A stretch of DNA of 64,000 nt from Nitrospirota bacterium (GTDB lineage: Bacteria > Nitrospirota > Nitrospiria > JACQBZ01): NCBI GenBank assembly GCA_016200255.1, contig JACQFA010000008.1, forward strand, positions 561 through 64,560. Direction: 5' to 3'. Numbering within the stretch: the first letter of the stretch is position 1; every line of letters starts with the position of its first letter. The position numbers were made by a program, and so were the translations under genes. Below the pieces are notes generated by a model. It was given only the letters and a program-made list of their open reading frames with translations, did not search any database and had not been told where the DNA came from. This document shows, in pieces, positions 18,769 through 28,659 of this stretch.

Positions 18769-19788
18769 TTGGAGAAAACCTACCATGACCCAGTGGGGGA
18801 TATTCCTATGTTTCGATTTTGCGGTGTAGCTATTATTGTTGCCCTGGCGTGCCTCACGCCATGTCTTGTATTTGCGCAGGGACCAGCAAAGTGTGATTTT
18901 GAGACCGAACTCGGCAAGTTATACAGCGATGCACAAACAAAACGCGAAAATTTGGCAGTTCAGCAGAAGCAGGTGCTAGGTCAAATCAGAAAGATCATAG
19001 AAAATCTTCCCGAGAACAACAAACCAATTGGGGAGCAGTTAGACAAAGAAGGTCTTGCTAACTTTGAAAAGCTTAGAGAGAGACAATTTGTGCTGATGAA
19101 CGTGTCTCTATCGGAGAGCAAGCGCATGCGTGACATGCAGTTTTTTCGTAAGTTTGCGATCCTTGCAGAGAAGGATGTGCGGTTCCCGGAGATACCGCCC
19201 TCCGACCACCCTGATTTCATTGCTTACATAATGCTGACGTCTGCCCGTCAAATATTCCAAGGTAAAGTAGAAATATCAGAGGTGAAATTTGATCAGTGCA
19301 ATCTCGAAGCAGCCATCCAGACGATGGAGCAGGACGTGATTGATAGGGTCAATGCGAAGGACAATACAGCCCTCAATGAATTGCTGGGCTTACAGTCAAT
19401 GCTTGAGAGGAAATACAAGACAAAAGACTTAGATCCCCAAAAGATATCGGAAGCGGACCAGAAAGCCCTAAAGAAGGCTATCGAGAACAATGAGCCAATG
19501 CAGAGGTTAATAAATCTCGCGAAGGACTACGAGATCCTGAAGGTGCTTGTGAAAGCAAGCCAGCTGATATACGACATGGATAAGGAAGACATCCTGACAT
19601 ACGGTGCTGACGCAAAAAAAATCGGAAGCACACTCATGACCAAGGCAAACGCCGGTAAATATGGGGATATGGTAAAACGTGCGCATGCCGTCATGCTGGT
19701 GATGGACAAAAAGATTCCCTCTGATGACGCAAAGGATATAAAGAAATTGTCCGATGAAGCGGAGGCCGATAGAAAGGAAGCCAAGTAG
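18769..19788 (+). CDS. Hypothetical secreted alpha-helical/coiled-coil protein, in the AT-rich islet.
   Basis: Internal signal peptide MFRFCGVAIIVALACLTPCLVFAQG (the likely real start is about 18808). Charged heptad-like composition. No known domain recognised. Confidence 0.5.
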   Translation: MEKTYHDPVGDIPMFRFCGVAIIVALACLTPCLVFAQGPAKCDFETELGKLYSDAQTKRENLAVQQKQVLGQIRKIIENLPENNKPIGEQLDKEGLANFEKLRERQFVLMNVSLSESKRMRDMQFFRKFAILAEKDVRFPEIPPSDHPDFIAYIMLTSARQIFQGKVEISEVKFDQCNLEAAIQTMEQDVIDRVNAKDNTALNELLGLQSMLERKYKTKDLDPQKISEADQKALKKAIENNEPMQRLINLAKDYEILKVLVKASQLIYDMDKEDILTYGADAKKIGSTLMTKANAGKYGDMVKRAHAVMLVMDKKIPSDDAKDIKKLSDEAEADRKEAK

Positions 19789-20260
19789 ATAGACTGCATA
19801 TTACCAATTTGACCATTGAAAAGAACATGTCATCTGCTAACCACCTCCGAGGGATCGCTTCGCACCCCCAGACCCATTGACGTTATACTCTCTTTTTCCC
19901 GTAATCCTTAATTCTCTGCCATTGTTTCTTTGAGCATTAGTAGGTGAAAGCCACAAAGAATATTTGTGCTCAAGCCCACCACTCTCAGGCCAATTCCAGC
20001 CCACTCCACCAAATTAGCGTTTCTTTATAACTGTTTGCTGGAATTGGTTCATGTGGGATAGAGCAGGACGGAATAGATGAGTTAAACTTTTTAGAAGGCA
20101 GATGCTCTATTTTACCGTAAACTATCGAACTATAGATTTCGGACGGCGTCAGAATTCAGATGTTTTCAGTTTTGTAGAGACTGATTTCGTACGAACACCG
20201 TTACAGATAATATTTAAATTCGCTTCCGAACGTCGGGAAATAGGCCGAGATCATCGGCTC

Positions 20261-22339
20261 TTATCGCGCCTTCCTGCTGTTTTTGGACCGCGTGCGACTT
20301 CCCTTTCGCTCTTCCGGCGGGACGTCTTCCAGAACCATCAGAAGCTGTTTTTCGACGACCGCCTCGTTGAGCTTGACCGCAATCTCTTTGATCACGCCGT
20401 GCATCGGCGACAGGACGGCCGTCTCGACCTTCATCGCCTCGATGTTCATGATCTCCTCGCCCTCCTTTACGATGTCCCCGATCTTGAGGATGCGGTCTTT
20501 GTCCCCGATCCGCCAGACGTTCCCCATAATGGGGGAGGCGACCCGCCCGGGCACGGCCGGATCGGCAAAGCGCGGACCGGCCTTCTGGGCGGCCTTGCGG
20601 GACGGCATTTCGACGGGGAAGACATGCATCGTGCTGTTCACCGATAGAACAATATGCTTGACCCCGTCCACATCCTGGCCGATCGAAACCAGTTTGATCC
20701 TGTTGGGTTTTCCGTGGGTCTCAAAGACCGCCTCGCTTCCGAACTCCTTTAATCCGTCGAACCAGATCCCGGTCGGAAGCACCGTGGTGTTTCCGAAACG
20801 GGTCTGGAAGCGGATGAAGTCCACCGCCGCGCCGGGATGCTGCATGTAAAGCACCAGTTCATTCTCGGTAGGATGGCGGGCTATCCCTTTTTGAAGCTCC
20901 GTCCGGGCCCGCTCGACATCTTCGTCCGGCTTTTGGGCCAGCGGGGATTCTTCGAAACGCTCCCTGGCGACCTTCTCACGCCAGGCATCGCCGAATACGG
21001 ATTGATAGACCCAGTCGGCGGGCCATCCGAAGGGCAGCGGCCCGTAACGTCCCAACAACAGGTTTTTGAGATCATCCGTGGCGCGGGCATACAACCCCAG
21101 CAGCGACTCCTTTTCCTCCGGCTTGAGCGCGTCAAACGACTGCCCCTGCGCGATGAACCGCTCGCAAAGATCCAGAAGATCCTCGACCTGCTTGAGGCCG
21201 CCCTCCTTGTAGTGATACTGGACGATCCCTGCCCAGGTCGTCCAGGTGATTTGCGATCCCGGCGTGACATCGAAATATTTAATGAAACGGTTGCCGTTGC
21301 TCATCCCTCTCAATATCTGCGGCATGAGCGAAAGAAAGCCGCCCTTGGCGGCCTGTTCAAAGGAGCTGGGGAAAGCGCCGCCTGGCATCCGGTGCTCGGT
21401 GACTTTATAGGAGAAGCCGTGGAACTGGGACTCGAACTCCCGGTAATGACCGATGAAGCCGGTGACCGTCTCGGCCGCTTTGTCCGCCATGGGAAGATCC
21501 AGGCTGGTTGCTATCCCCATCTCTTGGAGGAGGGCCTGGACGGAGCGGACCGGCGCATGGCCGTAGTACCGCGTGAACGGGTCGTCCGTCACATCGAGAA
21601 TCTTCACCCCAGCCTTCGCCGCGGCCGCCAGGGCCGGAACGGCCAGACCGTCCGTCGCGTGGCGGTGGTACTGGATCACCAGATCGGGATATTTTTGAAG
21701 CAGGACGTCCGTCAACCGGGCGACCCGTTTGGGCGATCCCACCCCGGCCATGTCCTTGATGCAGAGGATGATCTCGTTCGTTCCGCCGGTGACCTTGAGG
21801 ATCTCGTCCGTCAATTTCCGGTAATAAGCATCGGTGCAGTCCTGCGAGACGCCGAAGGAGATGGCGGGTTGAAACAGCTTCCCGCCCTTCATCACCTCCT
21901 CCGCGATCGGGATCATGTTGGGAACGTAGTTCAGAAAATCGAAGCATCTCCACACGTCCACAGTCGGAAGGAAGGCCTTCACGGAAAGACGGATCACATT
22001 GCGGGGATACATCCGGTAGCCCCAGAGATTGGTCGAGCGGACCAGCGTCTGCGTCATCACGTCCGGCATCCGCTCCTTCCAGAGGATCGCCTCCTCGAAC
22101 GGATCGGTCATGTTCTGAAGGAGGTTCTGGTGGAAGCGGGCCCCGCCGTGGTTTTCGATCGAGAAATAACCGGACCGGTTGTAGAACGGGGCGAGACGGA
22201 TCAGGTCATACAGCGTGTGCCGGTTCTTAAAATCGCTCTGGCCGGTATCCCGCGGACCGGTGTTGGTGAAATAGACCCGCCGGTCGCTCCGGAGGGCGGC
22301 GATATTTTCGCGGGGGCTTTTTTTCGGATGGACCGTCAT
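20261..22339 (-). CDS. Large subunit of a two-subunit biotin-dependent carboxylase (carboxyltransferase plus C-terminal biotinyl carrier domain), of the pyruvate carboxylase subunit B / 2-oxoglutarate carboxylase CfiA type.
   Basis: Carboxyltransferase (HMGL-like) core around YHRHATDGLAVPALAAAAKAG. A C-terminal biotinyl-lysine motif EAMKVE. Confidence 0.8.
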   Translation of the reverse strand: MTVHPKKSPRENIAALRSDRRVYFTNTGPRDTGQSDFKNRHTLYDLIRLAPFYNRSGYFSIENHGGARFHQNLLQNMTDPFEEAILWKERMPDVMTQTLVRSTNLWGYRMYPRNVIRLSVKAFLPTVDVWRCFDFLNYVPNMIPIAEEVMKGGKLFQPAISFGVSQDCTDAYYRKLTDEILKVTGGTNEIILCIKDMAGVGSPKRVARLTDVLLQKYPDLVIQYHRHATDGLAVPALAAAAKAGVKILDVTDDPFTRYYGHAPVRSVQALLQEMGIATSLDLPMADKAAETVTGFIGHYREFESQFHGFSYKVTEHRMPGGAFPSSFEQAAKGGFLSLMPQILRGMSNGNRFIKYFDVTPGSQITWTTWAGIVQYHYKEGGLKQVEDLLDLCERFIAQGQSFDALKPEEKESLLGLYARATDDLKNLLLGRYGPLPFGWPADWVYQSVFGDAWREKVARERFEESPLAQKPDEDVERARTELQKGIARHPTENELVLYMQHPGAAVDFIRFQTRFGNTTVLPTGIWFDGLKEFGSEAVFETHGKPNRIKLVSIGQDVDGVKHIVLSVNSTMHVFPVEMPSRKAAQKAGPRFADPAVPGRVASPIMGNVWRIGDKDRILKIGDIVKEGEEIMNIEAMKVETAVLSPMHGVIKEIAVKLNEAVVEKQLLMVLEDVPPEERKGSRTRSKNSRKAR

Positions 22340-22356
22340 CTCTCTTCTCTTGGGCC

Positions 22357-23811
22357 CTACTGGGAATAAGGATTCTTCCCGAGCGCCGTGACCTCGGCGA
22401 TGAACCGGCTGATCTTGAGGATCTCGTCCTCGTCTTCCACGTAATCCAGAAGCCCGGAAAGATGGTCGTCGATGAAGTCCGTGTCGAAACGCCCCTCGAC
22501 GAAATCCGGATGGACCATGATCTTCTCAAGCAACGGGATCGTCGTCTTGATGCCCCAGACCGTAAACTCCGACAGCGCCCGGCGCATCCGCTCGATCGCG
22601 GTGGGCCGGTCCTTTCCGACGGAACAGATTTTCGAAACGAGGGAGTCGTAAAACGGCGGCACCTCGCAGCCCTGATAGATGCCGCTGTCGGCCCGCACGA
22701 ACGGCCCGCTGACCTGGCGCAGATAGGTGACGGTGCCGTAGGAAGGCGCAAAATCGTTCTTAGGGTCCTCGGCATTCACCCGGCACTGAATCGCATGACT
22801 CGCGATGCGGATCTCCTCCTGCCGCAGGCGGAGCGGCGTTCCCACCGCCATCCGGATCATCAGCCGGATGATGTCCAGCCCGACGATCATTTCGGTGACG
22901 GTATGCTCGACCTGGATCCGGGGATTCACCTCGATCGCGTAGTAGCGCCGATCGGGGGCGACCAGAAACTCGAGCGTGCCGGCCGTAACGTATCCGATTT
23001 CCTTGGCGGCTTTGACCACGACCTGGCCCATTTCGTTCCGGAGGCGGTCGTCCAACAGGGACGACGGCGCCTCCTCCACCAGTTTCTGGTGGCGGCGCTG
23101 GATGGAACATTCACGATCGCCCAGATGAACCACCCGCCCGAAGGCGTCCGCGATGAACTGGAACTCAATATGCCGCGCGCCGCGGATATATTTCTCCGCA
23201 TACACCTCGCCGCTTCCGAACAGTTTTTCCGCAATCGAAACGGCCCGTTCCAACGCGGATTTGGCCTGATCGGCCGAATCGACCCGTTGCATGCCGCGAC
23301 CGCCCCCGCCCGCCACGGCCTTGATGATGATCGGCCAGCCCGCCTCTTTCCCGAACGCCACGATCTCGTCGGCAGACTTTAGCCTTGGAAGACCGGGGAT
23401 GATCGGGACCCCGGCATCCGCCAGGGCCTTCTTGGTCGCGATCTTGTCCCCCATCCGGGCAATCACATCGGAGGTCGGCCCGATAAAAATCAAACCGGCG
23501 GAACGACAGGCCTGGGCGAACTCGGCATTCTCCGATAGAAACCCATATCCGGGAAAAACGGCCTCGCAGCCGGTTCTCCGGGCGGCATCCACCACCTTGC
23601 CGATATCCATGTAGCTCAGTTTCACCGGGGAAGGACCGAGATGGACCGCCTCGTCCGCAATCTTCACGTGATAGGACAGTGCGTCGCAATCGGAATAGCC
23701 CACCACCGCCCGGATGCCCAGCTCCCGACAGGTTCGGATCGTCCGGCAGGCGATCTCGCCTCGGTTGGCGATGAACAGTTTTTGAATCATTTTAGTCTTG
23801 GAATCAGGCAT
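22357..23811 (-). CDS. Biotin carboxylase subunit, of the pyruvate carboxylase subunit A / CfiB type.
   Basis: ATP-grasp biotin carboxylase motifs (KIATKKALADAGVP ... IIKAVAGGGGRGM ... EVNPRIQVEHTVTE). Confidence 0.85.
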   Translation of the reverse strand: MPDSKTKMIQKLFIANRGEIACRTIRTCRELGIRAVVGYSDCDALSYHVKIADEAVHLGPSPVKLSYMDIGKVVDAARRTGCEAVFPGYGFLSENAEFAQACRSAGLIFIGPTSDVIARMGDKIATKKALADAGVPIIPGLPRLKSADEIVAFGKEAGWPIIIKAVAGGGGRGMQRVDSADQAKSALERAVSIAEKLFGSGEVYAEKYIRGARHIEFQFIADAFGRVVHLGDRECSIQRRHQKLVEEAPSSLLDDRLRNEMGQVVVKAAKEIGYVTAGTLEFLVAPDRRYYAIEVNPRIQVEHTVTEMIVGLDIIRLMIRMAVGTPLRLRQEEIRIASHAIQCRVNAEDPKNDFAPSYGTVTYLRQVSGPFVRADSGIYQGCEVPPFYDSLVSKICSVGKDRPTAIERMRRALSEFTVWGIKTTIPLLEKIMVHPDFVEGRFDTDFIDDHLSGLLDYVEDEDEILKISRFIAEVTALGKNPYSQ

Positions 23812-23896
23812 TGTGATCCATCGTATCCGTGAGGAATCCCCTGATAGAGTCCGTAATGGACGTGATCAAGGAGAGACACCCTCTTGGAAGCGGAGG

Positions 23897-24835
23897 TTAT
23901 CTCGCGCGCAGGACGCGGGCGCCATGCTTGTCAACACGGGAGACGGTGATCACGGAGGAGATTCCGTGTTGCTGAAAGACCTTCTGCATCGCCAGACCGA
24001 TCTTTTTGGCATGGCTTTTCCGGTCCGTCACGGCAAAAACGGATGCGCCCGCCCCGCTGATCGAGGCCCCCAGCGCGCCGGCCTTCAAGGCCGCGGCCTT
24101 GACGTCCGGAAATCCCGGGATGAGATGCGCCCGCGCGGGCTCGACGATGCCGTCCTGAATCGCCAGACCAAACCGCCGGGCGTTTTTCTGGGCTACGGCC
24201 GCCACCATCGTCGCGGTAAAGGCCATGTTGGACACCGCCAGACTCAACGGCACCTTGTCCGGAAGGACCGCCCGCGAGATCTTGGTCAGCACGCTGTGAT
24301 ACGGCGTCACAACCACCACGACCAGATCCGGAATCGTCCCGATCGAAAAGGCCTGGCGCTGGGCCGCATGGCTGACGATGATCCCGCCGAACAGCGAGGC
24401 CGAAACGTTGTCGATAAAATATCCGCCGCTGACGGAATGCTCGGCCGCGGCGCACGGCGGGATCAACTCCTCGCGATCCAGTTTATTCCCGAACAGGGCA
24501 TTCACCGCGACGGCCGCCGCCACGGCGCTGGCCGCGCTGCTTCCCAAACCGGTTCCGGGGATATTTTTTTGGATGATCAGATCCACGCCGTGCTTGGCCT
24601 TGACCAGCTTCAGAACTTCCTTGGCCGCAATTCCGGCCGTATTCCGGTCCGTCTCAAGTGGGATCGTCCCGTCCCCGCCCTTGATCTCACGGATCACAAC
24701 ATCCCGTCCCCGGTTCTTCTCAGCCGTGACCGTGTCGCCCAATCCGGTGATGGCCATGCCCAGAACGTCAAAACCCGGGCCGATATTCCCGATGGATGCC
24801 GGAGCAAACGCCTTTGCCATTTTCATCGTGTCCAC
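23897..24835 (-). CDS. thrB: Homoserine kinase (GHMP kinase).
   Basis: PASIGNIGPGFD N-terminal motif and GLGSSAA ATP loop. Confidence 0.85.
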   Translation of the reverse strand: MDTMKMAKAFAPASIGNIGPGFDVLGMAITGLGDTVTAEKNRGRDVVIREIKGGDGTIPLETDRNTAGIAAKEVLKLVKAKHGVDLIIQKNIPGTGLGSSAASAVAAAVAVNALFGNKLDREELIPPCAAAEHSVSGGYFIDNVSASLFGGIIVSHAAQRQAFSIGTIPDLVVVVVTPYHSVLTKISRAVLPDKVPLSLAVSNMAFTATMVAAVAQKNARRFGLAIQDGIVEPARAHLIPGFPDVKAAALKAGALGASISGAGASVFAVTDRKSHAKKIGLAMQKVFQQHGISSVITVSRVDKHGARVLRAR

Positions 24836-24850
24836 CGATTCCTGTTGAGG

Positions 24851-26191
24851 TTAGTTGCCCGCCACCGTCATTCGCGACAGTTTCAATGTGGGTGACGCGA
24901 CCGTGCCCCGAAACTCCAGATCATTCCCGATCATTTCAATATTCATCAGTATCTCTTTCAGATTGCCCGCAATCGTGATTTCCTCCACTGGGTAGGTCAA
25001 CTCGCCGTTCTCGATCCAGAGCCCGACCGCCCCCCGCGAGTAATCGCCGGTGACATGGTTTACTCCGAATCCGATCATCTCGACCACGTACAGGCCCCGC
25101 TTCACGGAACGAATGATCTCCTCCGGGCGATGGTTCCCCGGCGCGAGGTGGAAATTCGTGTGCGAAACGGACGGGACATCCCCGACGCTCCGGACCGCGT
25201 TGCCGGTGGAACGCAGCCCCAGTTTCCGGGCGGAATAGGTGTCCAGCAGATAGCTTTCCAGTATTCCGTTCCTGATCACGGTCGTCTTCCTCGTCGCCAG
25301 CCCCTCGCCGTCGAACGGCCGGGACCCCAGCGCGGACGGAATCACTCCGTCATCCAAAACCGTCACGGAAGAAGCCGCCACGGATTGGCCCAGTTCGCCG
25401 GCCAGAAACGAGACTCCTTTATAAACGGCGTATCCCGACACGCAGGCCGCGATGCTGCCGACCAGTTCGGACGCCGTTTCGGGATCGAAGACCACCGGCA
25501 CGTCACAGGTCGAAATCTTACGCCCCCCCAGCCTCCGAAGCGCCCGCTGTGCGGCCGTGCGGCCCACGGCCTCGGGAGCGGCCAGTTCCTTCACTCTTCG
25601 TTTTGCCGAGTACCAGTAGTCCCGTTGCATCAACCCGTCCGCCGTGGCGATGGGTGATACCGAATAGGAGACCGAACCGACCGGATAACTTCCGACGACG
25701 CCATGGGTATTGGCATACACCACCCGCCGGCCGGCATGAGAGAGGTTCGCCCCTTCGGAATTGGTGATGCGTGCATCATAATCCAACGCCGCCGCTTCGG
25801 CCTGAACGGCCAGATGAATCTTATCCTCTATCTTCCATCCGTGAAGCGACTCGTCGTACAGACCCAGATCCGGCGAAACCAGCGGCGACGGCTCCGGAAG
25901 ACCGGCATGGGGATCTTCGGCCGTGCTCCGCGCCAGATGACAGGTGTCCTCCACGAGCCGATCCAGGGACTCCCTTGAAAAATCGGAGGTTGAGCAGACC
26001 GCGGTGCGCTGGCCGAAAAAAAGCCTCAAGCCCAGCCGTTTTTCATGGGCGTTGCTCAGTTTGTCGACCGATCTGAGCCGCACCTGAACATCGAAGCTGT
26101 CGCCCTCCACGATCACGACATCGCCGGACGATGCCCCCTTGGTCGTCGCCTTTTTCAATAATTCGCCTGCCAGATTTTCGTATTGAACCAT
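24851..26191 (-). CDS. pmbA: PmbA/TldE-family metalloprotease-modulator protein.
   Basis: TldD/PmbA-family fold without HExxxH. It is paired with tldD. Confidence 0.75.
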   Translation of the reverse strand: MVQYENLAGELLKKATTKGASSGDVVIVEGDSFDVQVRLRSVDKLSNAHEKRLGLRLFFGQRTAVCSTSDFSRESLDRLVEDTCHLARSTAEDPHAGLPEPSPLVSPDLGLYDESLHGWKIEDKIHLAVQAEAAALDYDARITNSEGANLSHAGRRVVYANTHGVVGSYPVGSVSYSVSPIATADGLMQRDYWYSAKRRVKELAAPEAVGRTAAQRALRRLGGRKISTCDVPVVFDPETASELVGSIAACVSGYAVYKGVSFLAGELGQSVAASSVTVLDDGVIPSALGSRPFDGEGLATRKTTVIRNGILESYLLDTYSARKLGLRSTGNAVRSVGDVPSVSHTNFHLAPGNHRPEEIIRSVKRGLYVVEMIGFGVNHVTGDYSRGAVGLWIENGELTYPVEEITIAGNLKEILMNIEMIGNDLEFRGTVASPTLKLSRMTVAGN

Positions 26192-26192
26192 T

Positions 26193-27641
26193 TTATCCCC
26201 GCGTCCCGCCGACCGTGATACTGTTGATTTTTATCGTTGGAAGACCGACGCCCACCGGCACGGACTGCCCGTCCTTGCCGCAGGTGCCGACCCCGGCATC
26301 CAGCTTAAGATCGTTTCCGACCATTGTCACGCGCTTTAACACGTCCGGGCCGTTCCCGATCAGCGTCGCGCCCTTCACCGGCACGGTCACTTTTCCGTCC
26401 TCGATCCGGTAGGCCTCACTGGCCGAGAAGACGAACTTCCCGCTGGTGATATCGACCTGCCCGCCTCCGAAGGATACGGCATACAGGCCGTTCTTAACCG
26501 AACGAATGATCGCGTCCGGATCGGAGTCCCCCGCCAGCATGAAGGTGTTCGTCATGCGCGGCATCGGGATGTGCATGAAACTTTCCCTGCGGCCGTTTCC
26601 GGTCGGGGCCATTCCCATCAACTTGGCATTCAGTTTATCCTGGAGGTAGCCCTTCAATATTCCTTTTTCGATCAGGACGGTCCGGTGGGTGGGCGTCCCT
26701 TCGTCGTCAACGTTTAAGGAGCCCCGCCGGCCCGGAATCGTTCCGTCATCCACAACGGTGCAAAGCTCCGAGGCCACCGGCTTGCCGATCAAATCGGTGA
26801 AGGCCGAGGTCTGTTTACGGTTGAAGTCCCCTTCCAATCCGTGCCCGATCGCCTCATGGAGCAGGATCCCAGGCCATCCCGGACCTAGGACGACATCCAT
26901 CGTTCCGGCCGGCGCATCCATGGCCGAAAGATTTAAAATGGCCTGACGGGCGGCCTCTTTCGTATACTCTTCAAAACGGCCGTTCTCCAAAAAGAAGGAA
27001 TAGTCGCCGCGACCGCCGCCGCCGAAACTGCCGACCTGCCGGTTTCCATTCTCCTCCGCGATGCAGGTCACGTTGAGCCGGGAAAGGGGCTGGATATCAC
27101 CCACGATCATGCCGTCGGAGGTTACGATCAGTATCACCTTGTGCTCGCTGGAGAAGGACGCCATCACCTTTGTGATGCGCGGATCGTAGCGCCGGGCCAG
27201 GATATCAATCCGGTTCAACAGATCGATCTTCTTCTGAATCGTGATATCCGAAACCGGCGTCTGGATCGGGTAGAGATCCCGTTGGGCGGAGCCGCTTCGA
27301 ACCGGCACCGGTTTTCCTACGGTCGAATCATCCGCAATGTATCGCGCCGTTCGCGCGGCCTCCTCCAGATTTTTAACGGTGATCTCGTCCGAATAGGCAT
27401 ACCCCGTCTTCTCTTCGGCCACGGCCCGAACCCCGACGCCCTGACCGACCGATTTCACGGCCTTCTTCACCATGCCCTCTTCAAGGCTGACCGACTCGTT
27501 CGTCCGGTATTCGAAATAAAGGTCGGCATAATCGATCCGTTTTCCCAATGCCTTGCCGACCGTCTGCTCCAATTGAAGCGTATTCAGATTAAATTTTTTG
27601 AGGAAAAAGTCCTCGGCCTTTGTGAGCTCTTTGGCCACCAT
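26193..27641 (-). CDS. tldD: TldD-family metalloprotease.
   Basis: HEAIGHGLE zinc-binding motif. Length 482 aa. Confidence 0.8.
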   Translation of the reverse strand: MVAKELTKAEDFFLKKFNLNTLQLEQTVGKALGKRIDYADLYFEYRTNESVSLEEGMVKKAVKSVGQGVGVRAVAEEKTGYAYSDEITVKNLEEAARTARYIADDSTVGKPVPVRSGSAQRDLYPIQTPVSDITIQKKIDLLNRIDILARRYDPRITKVMASFSSEHKVILIVTSDGMIVGDIQPLSRLNVTCIAEENGNRQVGSFGGGGRGDYSFFLENGRFEEYTKEAARQAILNLSAMDAPAGTMDVVLGPGWPGILLHEAIGHGLEGDFNRKQTSAFTDLIGKPVASELCTVVDDGTIPGRRGSLNVDDEGTPTHRTVLIEKGILKGYLQDKLNAKLMGMAPTGNGRRESFMHIPMPRMTNTFMLAGDSDPDAIIRSVKNGLYAVSFGGGQVDITSGKFVFSASEAYRIEDGKVTVPVKGATLIGNGPDVLKRVTMVGNDLKLDAGVGTCGKDGQSVPVGVGLPTIKINSITVGGTRG

Positions 27642-27818
27642 GCGTCCTTTCTATTGATTTAAGGGATGTTTACGACGGTATTATACGGGGAAATGCGTCG
27701 AGGGTCAATAAGAAATAAAGGGAAGGCCGGGGTAAAACAACGGGCGTATCATCATAACCCATTGTTTTGTTTTATTTAATCATCAATTTTAAACCACGGT
27801 TAGAATACGGTGATCTCA

Positions 27819-28280
27819 TCACGGCAGTCGACGGATCAATTTTGTTACTTCTTCTTTTAATTCAGGTATTTCTGCCATATTATTTTGAATCGCCCCTAGG
27901 ATCTTTTCCAGCCGGGCCTTACGGGTCATCTCCTTGTCCATCGCCACCTTTTCATCCAATTGCCGGTAGGCTTCGGGCAGTCGGGGTTCCAGTTCCGGAC
28001 GGAGGGACTGGATCCCCTCAAGAATCTGATGGATGATCGGGTCTATCTTTGGGGCCATGGTAAAGGATCCATCCTCCATCATCAGCGCAGCACCTGCTCC
28101 ATCCTTGAGTGGAACCACCTTTTTTATTTTTTTGCCAAGGCATTCGGACCAGCTTAAGAAAAAGCCTGGAAATGATTTGATGAATGCCGTCTTCTCCTCA
28201 TTGGCGGCCCATTTTTCTTCGCTTGAAGACATTGTTTTCTCCGATTTTTTAGGGGCTCGCGTCGCCCCCTCCCCGGGCAA
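27819..28280 (-). CDS. Hypothetical protein.
   Basis: ORF only. No recognised domain. The start is uncertain (internal M at MSSSEEKW). Confidence 0.35.
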   Translation of the reverse strand: MPGEGATRAPKKSEKTMSSSEEKWAANEEKTAFIKSFPGFFLSWSECLGKKIKKVVPLKDGAGAALMMEDGSFTMAPKIDPIIHQILEGIQSLRPELEPRLPEAYRQLDEKVAMDKEMTRKARLEKILGAIQNNMAEIPELKEEVTKLIRRLP

Positions 28281-28332
28281 AGCCCGGGAGCCTCCCCCTC
28301 TCGCTCGCGTTGCTCGCTGGGAAGAGTCGTCT

Positions 28333-28659
28333 CTACGTTGTATTCCGATCCTTCATTAACAGCCGCTCGACCACTTCTCCCTTGACGATATGCCGGTCCA
28401 TGATCTCATCCGCGTCCTGGACGGTCCGGACCGTGTACCAGATCCCTTCCGGATAGATCACGACGGACGGACCGTTTGCACAATGATCCAGACAACCGGC
28501 TTTATTCGCCCGAACCATCCCTTTCAACCCGCGCTTCTTCACTTCGGATGAAAAATGCTCCTGAATCTGTTTTGAGTTCTTCGCCCAACAGGATCCCCGC
28601 GGATCATCCGGCATCCGTTCATTGATACAGACAAAGATATGTTTTTTAAAACCGGGCAT
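28333..28659 (-). CDS. Thioredoxin-like [2Fe-2S] ferredoxin.
   Basis: HIFVCINER...GSC...AGCLDHCANGP cysteine pattern. It overlaps the upstream HDAC gene by 1 nt. Confidence 0.75.
   Translation of the reverse strand: MPGFKKHIFVCINERMPDDPRGSCWAKNSKQIQEHFSSEVKKRGLKGMVRANKAGCLDHCANGPSVVIYPEGIWYTVRTVQDADEIMDRHIVKGEVVERLLMKDRNTT

Noticed and set aside
20837-22369. 510-aa plus-strand ORF (also 20102..20647, 20283..20849).
   Set aside because: Antisense to the carboxyltransferase gene, which has clear family motifs. It is a high-GC shadow ORF.
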